From the NCBI GenBank assembly GCA_045862955.1, contig BTVI01000017.1, positions 10,558 through 74,557 of the forward strand: 64,000 nt of DNA, in the 5' to 3' direction. The number at the start of each line of letters is the position of its first letter. The stretch's first letter is position 1. The DNA comes from Fimbriimonadales bacterium (lineage in GTDB: Bacteria; Armatimonadota; Fimbriimonadia; Fimbriimonadales; JABRVX01). Below are positions 52,932-63,235 of the stretch, piece after piece. The translations under genes and the position numbers were made by a program. The notes beneath the pieces were generated by a model. That model had not been told where the DNA came from, did no database searches, and was given only the letters and a program-made list of their open reading frames with translations.

Positions 52932-55900
52932 GCGAGCAGCCGGAGCCATCCCATGAAGGCTTCAACATCGTACGATGGTCGGTAGACCACCCATACGCCG
53001 TTCTGGCCTTCTACCTCGCGATGTTAGTACTAGGTGCTCTGGCCATCGGCTACACCATGCCGCGCCGATTCATGCCTTACGTGGAGAGCCCGCTCCTCGG
53101 TATCGTCACCGAGATGCCAGGCCTATCAGCCGAAGAGATGGAGACCTACTTCTCCTCGCCGATCGAGCAGCGCATGGTGAACATCCAGAACGTCCGCTAC
53201 ATCCGCTCGATCAGCCAAGAGGGCTTCAGCATGGTAGTGTTGGAGTTCCCGTACGGCTCGGACATGCGTGCCGCGCAGACCGAGGTGCAGAGTCTGCTCA
53301 ACATGGTGCAAGCAGACCTACCTATCACGGGCGCCAATCTGAAACCCAGCTGGATCCTGCGCGTGGACCCACTCAATCTGCCGGTGCTCTCCTTCAGTCT
53401 TACCGGCGACCCGGCGAAGGGCTGGACGCTACCACGGTTGAGGGAACTGGCCGACAACGACCTGCTGAACCGGTTCAAAGCCGCACACCGCAACGTGTAC
53501 ACGGTCTCGACTTTCGGGGGATATCGCCGCCAGATGCAGGTGCAGGTAGACCGCACTCGGCTGGCAGCCTACGGGCTTTCCATCCTAGATGTGCGCGATG
53601 CCATAGACCGCTACAACGTGGCAAAGCCAGCGGGCCTGCTGACCTCCGGTCCTGCCGAGACCGTGTTGCGATTGGACACCCTCGCGCGCGGACCCGATAA
53701 TATTGCAACCCTTCCCATCCGGGCGGAGGGCAACAGGGTGGTGACGGTGGGTGACGTTGCGGAGGTACGCGATACAGTCATCGAGAACCGTTCCGCTTTC
53801 CATCACCTACGAGGTGACAGGGTCGAGAAGGGCATCCTGATCAACATCCTACAGAATCCCGATGCAGGCTCGCCACAGACGGTCGCCGCGATGCTGAAAA
53901 CCGCCGAGCAGTTGGAAAAAGAGTACCCGGGCATCGAGCTCACCGTGGCGTACAACAACGCGTCGTTCGTAGACGTGTTGTTCGGGAACATGGTGCACGA
54001 GCTGATCCTCGCGATTATCCTGACCGCGCTCGCAGTGTTATTCTTTCTCGGCGAGATCCGCGGAACAATCATCGCCCTAACAGCGATTCCTACCTCGCTA
54101 GGCATGGCGGTGCTTGCGATGGTACCGCTCGGCATGAGTCTCAACTCGAGTACGCTCGTCGGTCTGCTGGTAGCGATCGGCCGGTTGGTGGATGATGCCA
54201 TCCTAGACGTGCATGCCGTGGAGCGTCACATGCGAATGGGGAAGGATCGACGGACGGCTACTATCGTCGGCATCGCCGAGGTGCGACGGTCCATCCTCGC
54301 AGGGACGCTCGTGCTAGTGGTGGCCCTCATCCCTCCCATGGTGAGTGGCGGCATCACGCAGCTCATGTTCGAGGGGTTGTGCTGGCCGATCATCTTCGGC
54401 CTCATCGCCTCCACCCTCGTCTCGATGACTCTCACCGCGGTGCTTTGCTCGCGCTACATGGTACTTCCGGAGGAGCGGCCGCGCACGTGGTTCAGCCGAT
54501 TGGTGCTCGCCCGATTCGAGCGATGGCTGGTAGGAATGGAAACAGGTTACGAGCGGCTGATCCGGTGGCTGCTGAGACACCGGTTCGCTAACTTCGTGCG
54601 TATAGGGATCACGGTCCTCCTCGGCTTCACTCTGTACTACTTCATCGGCTCGGAGATGATGCCGCTCGCGGACGTCGGCCAGGCCAGCCTGCAGATGGAG
54701 ATGCAGCCGGGTACCAGCTTCGCTGCTACCGAAGAGGGTGTGCGCCGTCTGCAGAGGATCATGATCGAGGAGGGAGGCAAGCAAGGCTGGATCCGCAGCG
54801 CTGCCTTCGAGATCGGTGCCGAGGGCGGGCCCGGCATGACCACCGGCGGTGCTTACTTCACGGGCTACCAGATGGGACAGGTCAACTCTGCGTCCGCGAT
54901 GATCACGCTAACAGACAAGGACTCCGGAAGGCCCGACGTCTGGCGGATCATGGATCGCATTCACGACAGGGCGATGGCAGAGATTCCCGGGATCCGACGC
55001 ATCAGCATCAAAGAGATGGGCTCGGACGTGATGGCCACCGCGGCGGCTCCGGTGTCACTGATTATACACGGGAAGGACCTGCACATGCTGGACCGCATGG
55101 GTCGGCAAGCGCTCGAGATCGCTCGCGAGAAGAGCGTCAACCCGACCACGGGCAAACCCGACATGGCACAACCCTACCTGAGCTGGGAGATGACCAAGCC
55201 CACCTACTCCCTGATCGTGGACAAGGCGAAGGCTGCCAGGCATGGCCTCGCTTCCGAGGACATCGCCGAACAGGCATACTACGCCCTGCGCGGTGGATTC
55301 ACCATGGAGTTCTACCGCCTCGACAACAAGCGCCCCACGACCGTGCAAGTGCGATATCGCGAGGACCAAAGACGGGACGAGGCAGACCTCTCCGGCATGT
55401 ATCTAACAGGAGCCAAAGGCGAACAGGTGCCCCTCTCCGAGCTCGTTCGGTTAGAGGAGCGGCTGGCACCCACCGCTATCGAGCACGACCAACTTCGACG
55501 GGTGATATCTCTGAACGGATACTACCGTAAGGATGGAAGGCCGAGCATGGATGTCGCCATGGACGTGCAGATGCGTGCAGCGGCAGAGATGAACTGGCCA
55601 CCGGGATATGGCATCGAGGCCCGGGGTGACATGACACAGATGATGGACAGCTTCCGCGTCATGCTGCTCGGCCTGCTGGTGGCGCTGGTGATGATGTACT
55701 TCATTCTGGTAGCTCAGTTTGGTGGGTTCCTCCAGCCACTGCAAATGATTGCGAGCCTGCCGCTCGAGCTCAGCGGCGTGTTTCTTATGCTCTGGCTCAC
55801 GCACCAAGCATTCTCCACCGTCTCCATCCTCGGTGTGATCATGCTGAGCGGAATGGACGTGGTGACCGCCATTCTGATGATCGACATGATCATGATCTAC

Positions 55901-56209
55901 CGTCGTCAGGGTGTGCCGAGAAACGAAGCGGTGGCGAGGGCATGCCCACAACGGCTGCGACCGATCCTGATGACGTCGCTAATTACCATCCTCGTCATGT
56001 CGCAGATCGCGTTCGCGCCGAAATCCGGCCTCGATGCCTACCAGCCACTCGGGACGGTGATCGTCGGTGGTCTGATCGTCGGCACGGTACTGTCGCTGCT
56101 GGACATACCTATCATGCACACACTGGTGGATGATCTCGTGCGATGGTTCCGAGTGCGCATTCGGCGCGAGGACCCGACCTCGCTGCCACCCATCGAGGAG
56201 CAACTATGA
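52928..56209 (+). CDS. RND efflux transporter permease (AcrB/CusA family)
   Basis: PGLSAEEME..PIE, GRLVDDAI, RLRPILMTS, PLGTVIVGGL. Confidence 0.92.
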   Translation: MSEQPEPSHEGFNIVRWSVDHPYAVLAFYLAMLVLGALAIGYTMPRRFMPYVESPLLGIVTEMPGLSAEEMETYFSSPIEQRMVNIQNVRYIRSISQEGFSMVVLEFPYGSDMRAAQTEVQSLLNMVQADLPITGANLKPSWILRVDPLNLPVLSFSLTGDPAKGWTLPRLRELADNDLLNRFKAAHRNVYTVSTFGGYRRQMQVQVDRTRLAAYGLSILDVRDAIDRYNVAKPAGLLTSGPAETVLRLDTLARGPDNIATLPIRAEGNRVVTVGDVAEVRDTVIENRSAFHHLRGDRVEKGILINILQNPDAGSPQTVAAMLKTAEQLEKEYPGIELTVAYNNASFVDVLFGNMVHELILAIILTALAVLFFLGEIRGTIIALTAIPTSLGMAVLAMVPLGMSLNSSTLVGLLVAIGRLVDDAILDVHAVERHMRMGKDRRTATIVGIAEVRRSILAGTLVLVVALIPPMVSGGITQLMFEGLCWPIIFGLIASTLVSMTLTAVLCSRYMVLPEERPRTWFSRLVLARFERWLVGMETGYERLIRWLLRHRFANFVRIGITVLLGFTLYYFIGSEMMPLADVGQASLQMEMQPGTSFAATEEGVRRLQRIMIEEGGKQGWIRSAAFEIGAEGGPGMTTGGAYFTGYQMGQVNSASAMITLTDKDSGRPDVWRIMDRIHDRAMAEIPGIRRISIKEMGSDVMATAAAPVSLIIHGKDLHMLDRMGRQALEIAREKSVNPTTGKPDMAQPYLSWEMTKPTYSLIVDKAKAARHGLASEDIAEQAYYALRGGFTMEFYRLDNKRPTTVQVRYREDQRRDEADLSGMYLTGAKGEQVPLSELVRLEERLAPTAIEHDQLRRVISLNGYYRKDGRPSMDVAMDVQMRAAAEMNWPPGYGIEARGDMTQMMDSFRVMLLGLLVALVMMYFILVAQFGGFLQPLQMIASLPLELSGVFLMLWLTHQAFSTVSILGVIMLSGMDVVTAILMIDMIMIYRRQGVPRNEAVARACPQRLRPILMTSLITILVMSQIAFAPKSGLDAYQPLGTVIVGGLIVGTVLSLLDIPIMHTLVDDLVRWFRVRIRREDPTSLPPIEEQL

Positions 56210-57480
56210 GAACTGTAAGTATCGTCGTTTTGCTGCTGGTGTGCGGCGTTGCCTGTGCGCAATCCACCACCAGTGTGAGCCAGGCCGTAGAGCGAGCCGT
56301 CCGCCAGCACCCTATGCTGAGCGTTGCCCAAGCCGATGTGCGGGGCGCGAAAGCGAGGGCGGTTATGCTCACAGTCCCCTATGTCCCGCAAGCCTCATTG
56401 AACGCAGTGGGCGCTGCTGGCGAAGGCATGATGACCTTCGCCTCGACGGTGATGCCCACTAACTACTGGCGGACGGAACGCGGCGCGAGCGGCGTGCTGA
56501 ACGCTTCTCTCATGTGGCGCCCGTGGTCCTTCGGGCGGGAAGCTGCGGCACGAGGCATTGGTCGGGAGGAGGTGCAGTCGGCGGAAGAGACTCTGGCGGT
56601 CGCACGGCAAAACGTCGCGCTGTCGGTGCGCCTGGCATTCGCGGAGGCGCTTCTGCGCCGTGAGACCGTGGAGGCGAACGAGGCGGCGGTGGAGAGCGCC
56701 CGCGAGGTGGAGCGCGTCACGCGGGAGCAGTACGAGGCCGGGAAACTGCCGGAGGCGTTCGTGTTTCGCGCTGCGGCCGACACCGCTGAGATGGAGCGGG
56801 AACTCGCAGTCGCCGAGGCTGAAGCCGCCTCCGCGCTGGCGAGGCTGCGTGAGAGCATGGGAATGGATCAGCTAGAGGTTCTCGCACTGGGCGATTGGGA
56901 CATCCCGTTGGAGGCGCCGGCGTCTCTCGCCGAGGCTCTGGCGCAGGCAGCGGCGAGGCCGGAGCTAGCAGCGATTCGCCACGCTCGCGAGGGACAAGAG
57001 CTGCGTGCACGTCTGGCGCAGCTCTCCACGCGGCCCGACCTCGCTGTGATGGCGATGGGTGATTGGATGGGCTCACGGGGGATGGCGGGCGAGACTGGCT
57101 CCAAGGTCGCTCTGGTCGTCAGCTTCCCGCTGGCCGACGGGGGCGAGCGCCGTGCGACCCGCGACGAGGCCGAGGCGATGGCGGGCAAGATGGAAGCGGA
57201 GATGCGGTCCGTGCAACTGGCGGTCGAGGCGGAGGTTGCTACAGCGTGGGCCGCGTGGCAGGCGCATGCAGCGGTCTCGAAGGCGGCTCGCGCTGGACTG
57301 CAGGCATCCGAGGAGGCGTATCGTGTGGCTCTGCTGCGGTATCGAGAGGGAAAGGCGATCCTCGCAGAGGTGACGGATGCCCGAGCGCGTCTCGTTGCCG
57401 CTCAGAGGTCCATCGCGGAAGCCGACGCTTACTCCCGCATCGCGTGGTCCAAACTCCACCGCGCGATGGGCAAAGGGTAG
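56206..57480 (+). CDS. TolC family outer-membrane efflux protein
   Basis: Signal peptide, two OEP repeats (ARPEL, SFPLADGG, RYREG). Confidence 0.88.
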   Translation: MRTVSIVVLLLVCGVACAQSTTSVSQAVERAVRQHPMLSVAQADVRGAKARAVMLTVPYVPQASLNAVGAAGEGMMTFASTVMPTNYWRTERGASGVLNASLMWRPWSFGREAAARGIGREEVQSAEETLAVARQNVALSVRLAFAEALLRRETVEANEAAVESAREVERVTREQYEAGKLPEAFVFRAAADTAEMERELAVAEAEAASALARLRESMGMDQLEVLALGDWDIPLEAPASLAEALAQAAARPELAAIRHAREGQELRARLAQLSTRPDLAVMAMGDWMGSRGMAGETGSKVALVVSFPLADGGERRATRDEAEAMAGKMEAEMRSVQLAVEAEVATAWAAWQAHAAVSKAARAGLQASEEAYRVALLRYREGKAILAEVTDARARLVAAQRSIAEADAYSRIAWSKLHRAMGKG

Positions 57481-57483
57481 CCC

Positions 57484-58419
57484 CTACCGCTCATCGCGTA
57501 GGACGGCTTCGACCAGGGTGCCCACTTTGTGGAGCGAGTCGGCGGATACCTTGTCCAGGGTGTCTTCTAGGGTGTGCCAATAGGGGTAGTCGAAGTCGAT
57601 CAGGTCAATCGTCGGCACGCCGGCTTGGTTCATCGGCACGTGGTCGTCCGTGATCTGCGTGCCCAGCTCGAAGGGGAAGGTCTTGGACATGCCGAGACGC
57701 TCCGCCATGCCGTAGACCTTTTTGACGATGTCCTTCGCAACCTCGTAGCTATATGCCTCGACGGGGATGCGCAGGTCCTTGTCGCCCACCATGTCCAGCA
57801 GGATGCCGAAGTCGGGTTTGGAAGTGGTCAGCTTCTGGCTCCAGTGCTTGGCGCCCAGCAGCATGTTGTCGATCGAAGGCCCCAGGTCTTCTCCGTCGAA
57901 GAACACGAGCTGCACGCCCACCGCGGGCGGGCGCGTGGCAAACACCCTCGCTAGCTCCAGAAGCACGGCCACACCGGATGCCCCGTCGTTCGCGCCATCT
58001 ATCGGCTTGTTGCGGAACTGCAGCCGCGGCTCCTCGTCCGCCGTCGGCCTCGTGTCCCAGTGCGCCGCGATCACCACTTGCTTCTTGGCGTCGGGGTTGA
58101 ACCGTGCGATCACGTTCGTCATGTGCAGCGTCTTGCTCTTGTAGCTGCCCGTGAAAGGCTGCTTCTCAACGTGCGGGGTGTACTGCTTCAGCGTGGTGAC
58201 CATCCACTCCAGGCACTTGGCATGCGCATCGCTTCCCGGAACGCGTGGCCCGAACTCCACCTGCTTTCGCAGCATCTCGAACGCCTGCTTGCCGTCGAAA
58301 TCGGTCTTCGGGGCGGCAGCCTGCTTCGGCTTCTCTACGTCCTGCTGGGGAGAGGCGGAGGTGGCACAGCCGCCGAGCGTCGCGAGCAGGCACAGCAGAA
58401 GCAGCCTAGTCGCCGACAA
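57484..58419 (-). CDS. M28 family peptidase / glutaminyl cyclase-like lipoprotein
   Basis: LGGC lipobox, AHWDTRP, GANDGASGVAVLLE, FDGED, LDMVG, DDH, YWHT. Confidence 0.9.
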   Translation of the reverse strand: MSATRLLLLCLLATLGGCATSASPQQDVEKPKQAAAPKTDFDGKQAFEMLRKQVEFGPRVPGSDAHAKCLEWMVTTLKQYTPHVEKQPFTGSYKSKTLHMTNVIARFNPDAKKQVVIAAHWDTRPTADEEPRLQFRNKPIDGANDGASGVAVLLELARVFATRPPAVGVQLVFFDGEDLGPSIDNMLLGAKHWSQKLTTSKPDFGILLDMVGDKDLRIPVEAYSYEVAKDIVKKVYGMAERLGMSKTFPFELGTQITDDHVPMNQAGVPTIDLIDFDYPYWHTLEDTLDKVSADSLHKVGTLVEAVLRDER

Positions 58420-59023
58420 GGCGGTCCTGCTCCCCGAGCGGCCAAGTGCTCTTGCCGTCCAGCAACCTGCGCACCGCCGTCTCGACGGTCACGCCGGTCT
58501 GCTCCGAAATCTGTTCTCGCTGCCACACGGTGAAATAGCCCAGCGCGCCCCTAGCCAGCGTCGCGGGTACGGCAACGCGATAACTCTTCCCCGTGTCCAG
58601 CACCTTGTCGCCCACGAGCACTCGCTTCACCCTCGAGTTCGCAGGCGCTTTAGCCGAGTACTCGACCTTTAGCCCGGACACTTGCAGGAAGGCGCGGTTG
58701 GGCTGCGGCAACAGGCTGAGCGAGCGCTCCAAAGCCTTAGTTATCTGCTCGCCGGTAAGCGATAGAACGTAGATCTCCTCGCCGGGATAGGACAAGAGCT
58801 TGTTCAGCTTCTCGGCGCTGGGCGGGCCGTCCAGGGAGCCGGACACGAAGAAGCCAGCGGCAATAAAGGCAACGTCCGCGCCAGCCGCCGCGCGCATGGC
58901 GTCGGCTACCATCTGCGCGACGGGGTTAGGGCTGGAGCCCGGTTCGGTGATCGCCAGTGTTTGCCCCCACCCGAACGTGGCGGCACACATGCATGCAATG
59001 CCGATGATCGCCTTGTTAGCCAC
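58406..59023 (-). CDS. Stand-alone 5'-nucleotidase C-terminal domain protein, secreted
   Basis: VADAMR...ADVAF, LTGEQITKALE, FLQVSGL, YRVAV..LARG. Confidence 0.75.
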   Translation of the reverse strand: MANKAIIGIACMCAATFGWGQTLAITEPGSSPNPVAQMVADAMRAAAGADVAFIAAGFFVSGSLDGPPSAEKLNKLLSYPGEEIYVLSLTGEQITKALERSLSLLPQPNRAFLQVSGLKVEYSAKAPANSRVKRVLVGDKVLDTGKSYRVAVPATLARGALGYFTVWQREQISEQTGVTVETAVRRLLDGKSTWPLGEQDRLVGD

Positions 59024-59026
59024 TCG

Positions 59027-60140
59027 TTACCCCTTGCCTCCCGACGCCGAGGAACGGAGAAAGGCCTCGATGAAGCCGTCGATCTCCCCGTCCAGCACGC
59101 CGAGCGTGTCTCCGGTTTCGAACCCGGTCCGATGATCCTTCACCATAGTATAGGGGTGCAGAACGTAGGACCGTATCTGGTGCCCCCATTCGGCGGGCGG
59201 AACTTCTCCCCTTAGCAGCTTCAGCTTTTGTTCCGTCTTGTCCCGTTCCAGTTCCGCCAGTCTCGATTCTAGGACGCGCAGCGCTACCGCGCGGTTCTTG
59301 TGTTGCGACCTTTCGTTCTGGCACGTCACCACGATGCCCGTCGGGATGTGCGTGATGCGCACCGCGGAGTCCGTCTTGTTCACGTGCTGGCCACCCGCAC
59401 CACTGCTACGGAACGTGTCGATGCGAAGGTCCTCGGTGCGTATGGACACTTCACCCTCGGCGACCACCGGGATGACCTCTACCATCGCGAAAGACGTGTG
59501 CCGCCGACCCGACGCATCGAAGGGCGAGATGCGAACCAGCCGGTGCACGCCGCGCTCCGACCGCAGGTTTCCATACGCATACGGGCCTTCGATAATGCCC
59601 GAGACGTTGCGATACCCGGTCACGTCGCCCGGCGTCTCGTCGCCGATTTCGAAGCTGAAGCCACGCCGCTGCGCCCAGCGCGTGTACATGCGAAGCAGCA
59701 TTTCGGCCCAGTCGCACGATTCGGTACCACCGGCACCCGCACTGATGGTGAGGATCGCTGGGTCGGGATCGTGAGGGCCGCCGAGAAGCGTCTGCAGCTC
59801 CAGCGCGTCGAGGTCTTTCAGCACCTGCCGGGCACCTGCGAGAAGCTCCTTCCGCATGGCGGGGTCCTCGTCTCCCTCGAGCAGCGAGGCGAGCTCTTCG
59901 ATGTCTTCGAAGCGCTTCTTCAGCTCGCGGAAAGGCTCCGTGCGTCCTCGGAGATGGGAGAGCTTTCGGACGGTTTCCTGGGCCTTGGCGGGGTCGGACC
60001 AGAAGTCGGGCTCTTGCTGCAGGCGTTCGAGCGCCTCGGCCTCTCGCTCTATGCGAGAGACCTCAAAGATGCTCTCCGATAGCGTCCAGGCGCGGCTTGG
60101 CCTTGGACAGCGCTTGCAGGAGGTCGGGGATCGCTTCCAT
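59027..60140 (-). CDS. prfB: Peptide chain release factor 2, with programmed +1 frameshift
   Basis: SPF and GGQ motifs; ATG 60140 reads 25 codons to CTT TGA (60068-60063), then continues in the +1 frame. Confidence 0.95.
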
Positions 60141-60163
60141 GGGGCTAACCTCTGTCGGGAGCA

Positions 60164-60725
60164 GTGTACCCCCCGCGTGCGAGGCAGTTCCGGCACAGGG
60201 AGGTTACGGGAACCTGCGAAGAGAGTGTACCCCCCGCGTGCGAGACAGTTCCCCTTGGAGCGCAGCGGGAGCTTGTCCTTGCGCATGCGAGGATGGAACC
60301 GGATGGCACGGTTCCCCCTGGAGCGGAGCGGAAGGGGGAACCTCGAGGAGGGGGTCCCCACCGATGCCCAGACGTTCCCGCTGCCGACTGCCACCCAGCC
60401 CCCTACCACACCGAGAGCCGAACACCCAGGCCTATCCAGCGCAATGCGCCGAGAGATCACACGCAACGGACGCAGAGAAGACGCCAAGAACGCAGAGGTG
60501 GAGCCGACAGTCGTTCGCGAGCAGCCGCTCACCCCAACCCTCTGCCCCAGCTCGGGGACAGGAACACTGAGGTGCTCACCCGCCTGCGAGAGCACCGGCA
60601 TAAAGCCCCTCACCCCAACCCTCTCCCCGAGACGGGGAGAGGGACACTGAGGCCGTTGCCCGCCTGCGAGAGCACCGGCACAAAACCCCTCACCCCAACC
60701 CTCTTCCCGAGACGGGGCGAGGGAG
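60164..60725. repeat. Mixed repeat cluster: GTGTACCCCCCGCGTGCGAG twice, GTTCCCCCT..AGGGGGAAC hairpin, three CTCACCCCAACCCTCT..GGGG hairpins
   Basis: Direct reading; CCCGCCTGCGAGAGCACCGGCA is also duplicated. Confidence 0.8.
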
Positions 60726-60814
60726 GGGCTTTCAGCGAGCCCCTGAGCCCTAACGATCGGTGCCGCCTACTACCGGTCCGCCCACCACCCCCGGCCGACC
60801 ATAGGGCGGCGGAC

Positions 60815-61477
60815 CTACGTCCGGCCAGCTTTCTGCTTCGCAGACACCACGGCACAGTCCGTGATCTGACTGCCAAGCGTCAGTCCCTCCACCACGTCCA
60901 GGCCCTGCACCACCTTACCGAATACCGCATACTCCGCATCGAGCTGCGGGATGTCCACCAAGCAGATGTACATCTGTGCATCGCCGCTGTCGGGGTCCTG
61001 CGACCGTGCCAAGCCCACCGAGCCGCGCAGGTGCTTGTTCTTGTTCAGCTCGCGCTTCACCGTAGTCCCAGAGCCCTTCTCCGGTCGGCCTTTCTGAATG
61101 GTGCCGTCCTTGGTATTCGCGTCGCCGAACTGCACTAACTTGAAGTCTTCGGCCAGCTCGATTCGGTGGACCAGGATCTTCTTGTAGTAGCCCTTCTCGA
61201 CGAGGTCCAGGATGTGCGCACAAGTGAGCGGTGCATCCTCGGTAAACAGCTTGATATACACGTCGCCGTTTCCGTACACCTCGTCGCTGGGCGTCCGGAA
61301 GGTGAGTTTGATGACGGTCTCGCCGGGCTTCGGCTCATAGGGTGGCACGGGCGGAGCCTTGGGCTCCACTGCCTTCAGCTTGCCATCCTTGCTCGCGCCG
61401 TCCGCCGGTGTATCCGCCTGTTTGCAGCCACCCAGCAGTGCAATCACCAGAATCGGCAGAAACCACAACCTGCTCAT
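60815..61477 (-). CDS. Cyclophilin-type peptidyl-prolyl isomerase, lipoprotein
   Basis: LGGC lipobox, APLTC..HR, RGSVGLAR, LDAEYAVFGKVVQG. Confidence 0.88.
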   Translation of the reverse strand: MSRLWFLPILVIALLGGCKQADTPADGASKDGKLKAVEPKAPPVPPYEPKPGETVIKLTFRTPSDEVYGNGDVYIKLFTEDAPLTCAHILDLVEKGYYKKILVHRIELAEDFKLVQFGDANTKDGTIQKGRPEKGSGTTVKRELNKNKHLRGSVGLARSQDPDSGDAQMYICLVDIPQLDAEYAVFGKVVQGLDVVEGLTLGSQITDCAVVSAKQKAGRT

Positions 61478-61577
61478 CCTCTTGCCCTCCACTCTGTGCT
61501 CACTTCGGCATTCTGCCCCGCTGCCCCGCGGCGTGTCAAACCGAGCGCCGCTCGAGCGGGACCGGTACAATCCCGGC

Positions 61578-62525
61578 ATGCTCGACCCCGACTTCCTGAT
61601 AGCCCTTACCGAGGCGCCGAGCGTGGGCACCGCCTGCGGACCCGTCGTCAATCTCTTGCGCGCGCACATGAGTGGCTACAGCTGCAAGCTGGTTCCCGAT
61701 GGCTTTGCGCTGTTCCAACGCGAGGGTGCCGCGCCAGGGGACATCCGCGCGGTGCTGGTGGCGCACATGGACGAGATCGGTGGAGTGGCCTATGGACCCG
61801 CCGAAGACCAGTGGCACCACACCCGGTTTTGGGGCAACACGCTCGGCGTGTTCATGCACACCCCGCTGCAGGGAATGGACTACCTGGCAGAGAGTGCCGA
61901 GGACGCCTTTGCCGTCGAGGTGCGGCCCGCCGAGGAGGACCGCCTATGGGTCCGGGGAGAGGGAGTGCGGCCCTATCGCACCGTCTGGACCTTCCGGGAG
62001 GATACGCGGATCGAGGGAGACCAAATCGAAGGCAAGGCGCTGGACCCACGCGTGACGCTGTACGCGGTGATCGAGGCCGTGAAGCGCGTGAACCGGCCGG
62101 ACGTTGCTGCGCTGTGCGTAATGGCAGAAGAGTGCGCAATGGACGTCGCCCGCAAAGCCGTTACCTTCCTCGAGCGCAACTGCCCCCGTCTCGGCCTAGT
62201 CGTGAATGCGGACGTGCCGTGGATAGAGAACATCGGAGAGGGCAGGCTGGACCTGCCCGCAATTCGCGTGTTCGAAGGGCGCAACTTCATCGACCCCTGG
62301 TTCGGCATCTCGCTGGCCGAGCGATTGGAGCGGAAGGGCGTGGAGTTTCACCTGACTTCGGCCCGCTCAGGCAGTCAGACGTTGCTGTTCACACCCCTCG
62401 CGCCGACGGTGTCCGTGGCTCTGCCCTCGGACGGGGTGCACCAGCCACGAGTGCGAATGAGCGTGCAAGGCCTCCGCCGGTGCATCACGCTGCTGGAAGC
62501 AGTCGTCGCGGACTGCTGTCCTTAG
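61578..62525 (+). CDS. M42/M20-like metallopeptidase
   Basis: AHMDEIG, ALDPR, AEE, NADV, VHQP metal-ligand pattern. Confidence 0.75.
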   Translation: MLDPDFLIALTEAPSVGTACGPVVNLLRAHMSGYSCKLVPDGFALFQREGAAPGDIRAVLVAHMDEIGGVAYGPAEDQWHHTRFWGNTLGVFMHTPLQGMDYLAESAEDAFAVEVRPAEEDRLWVRGEGVRPYRTVWTFREDTRIEGDQIEGKALDPRVTLYAVIEAVKRVNRPDVAALCVMAEECAMDVARKAVTFLERNCPRLGLVVNADVPWIENIGEGRLDLPAIRVFEGRNFIDPWFGISLAERLERKGVEFHLTSARSGSQTLLFTPLAPTVSVALPSDGVHQPRVRMSVQGLRRCITLLEAVVADCCP

Positions 62526-62606
62526 ATTCGGGCAGGGACCTGTCGCAACGGGCGAGAAGCCTCGTCAGTAACGGTTTCGACAGAACTCAGTTGGAGGTGG
62601 GAGAGG

Positions 62607-63041
62607 GTGCGACCGACGACGATGGATCGAGTAGTGGGTGTATTTCTCACGCTGTGGGGTCTTTGCAGCGGTGCGAGCTCGGCGCTTAGTCGCGTGTTTC
62701 TCGAGATGGCCAAGAAAAGCCCGAACCTGACGCAGGACCAGCTCGCCGACCTCGAGCGCCAAATGGAGATGATGACGCCGGTAATGATTGCGATCGGCGT
62801 GGTGCTAGGTATCCTGATGTTCGCTGGTGGCATCGGCACCTTCTTGGGTGCGCGCTGGGGGTTTCTCCTCGCAGCGATCGGCACGGGTCTGAGTGTTCTC
62901 ACGGGCGCCTGGGGCATGGTGCAGCAGTCCTCCGGGGCAACGCCCATGGGCCTGCTGTGGAGCGCCGTCTTCCTCGTCGTCTACCTCGCGATCTGCTGCT
63001 ATTGCCTGTCGCGCCTAATGAGCAAGCCTTCAGAGGTCTGA
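62607..63041 (+). CDS. Hypothetical four-TM membrane protein
   Basis: Hydrophobic segments; GGAGG/GGGAG upstream. Confidence 0.65.
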   Translation: MRPTTMDRVVGVFLTLWGLCSGASSALSRVFLEMAKKSPNLTQDQLADLERQMEMMTPVMIAIGVVLGILMFAGGIGTFLGARWGFLLAAIGTGLSVLTGAWGMVQQSSGATPMGLLWSAVFLVVYLAICCYCLSRLMSKPSEV

Positions 63042-63235
63042 GGGCCTAGCTCCGGCTCCTCGCCCTTGCTCAGGTCCACGAGCTGCTCCACGCGGAACCT
63101 GAGGGGCACGCCGTCCGCCACCGTGATCTCCGTGATGCGTCCAAAGCGAATGCGACGCATCGCCTCGAGGAGCCGTCGCGTGTTAGGGTGTAGCCGCACC
63201 GCGCCGGCCTCGGCTCGATGTGCTTTGTTATCCAT
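62999..63235 (-). CDS. Small hypothetical protein, DUF2292/YezD-like
   Basis: IRFGRITEITVADGVP pattern; GGAG RBS before ATG 63235. Confidence 0.5.
   Translation of the reverse strand: MDNKAHRAEAGAVRLHPNTRRLLEAMRRIRFGRITEITVADGVPLRFRVEQLVDLSKGEEPELGPQTSEGLLIRRDRQ

Noticed and set aside
60141..60613. N-terminal extension of the 528-aa prfB ORF
   Set aside because: It reads through repeat DNA; the real start is ATG 60140 in another frame, joined by the frameshift
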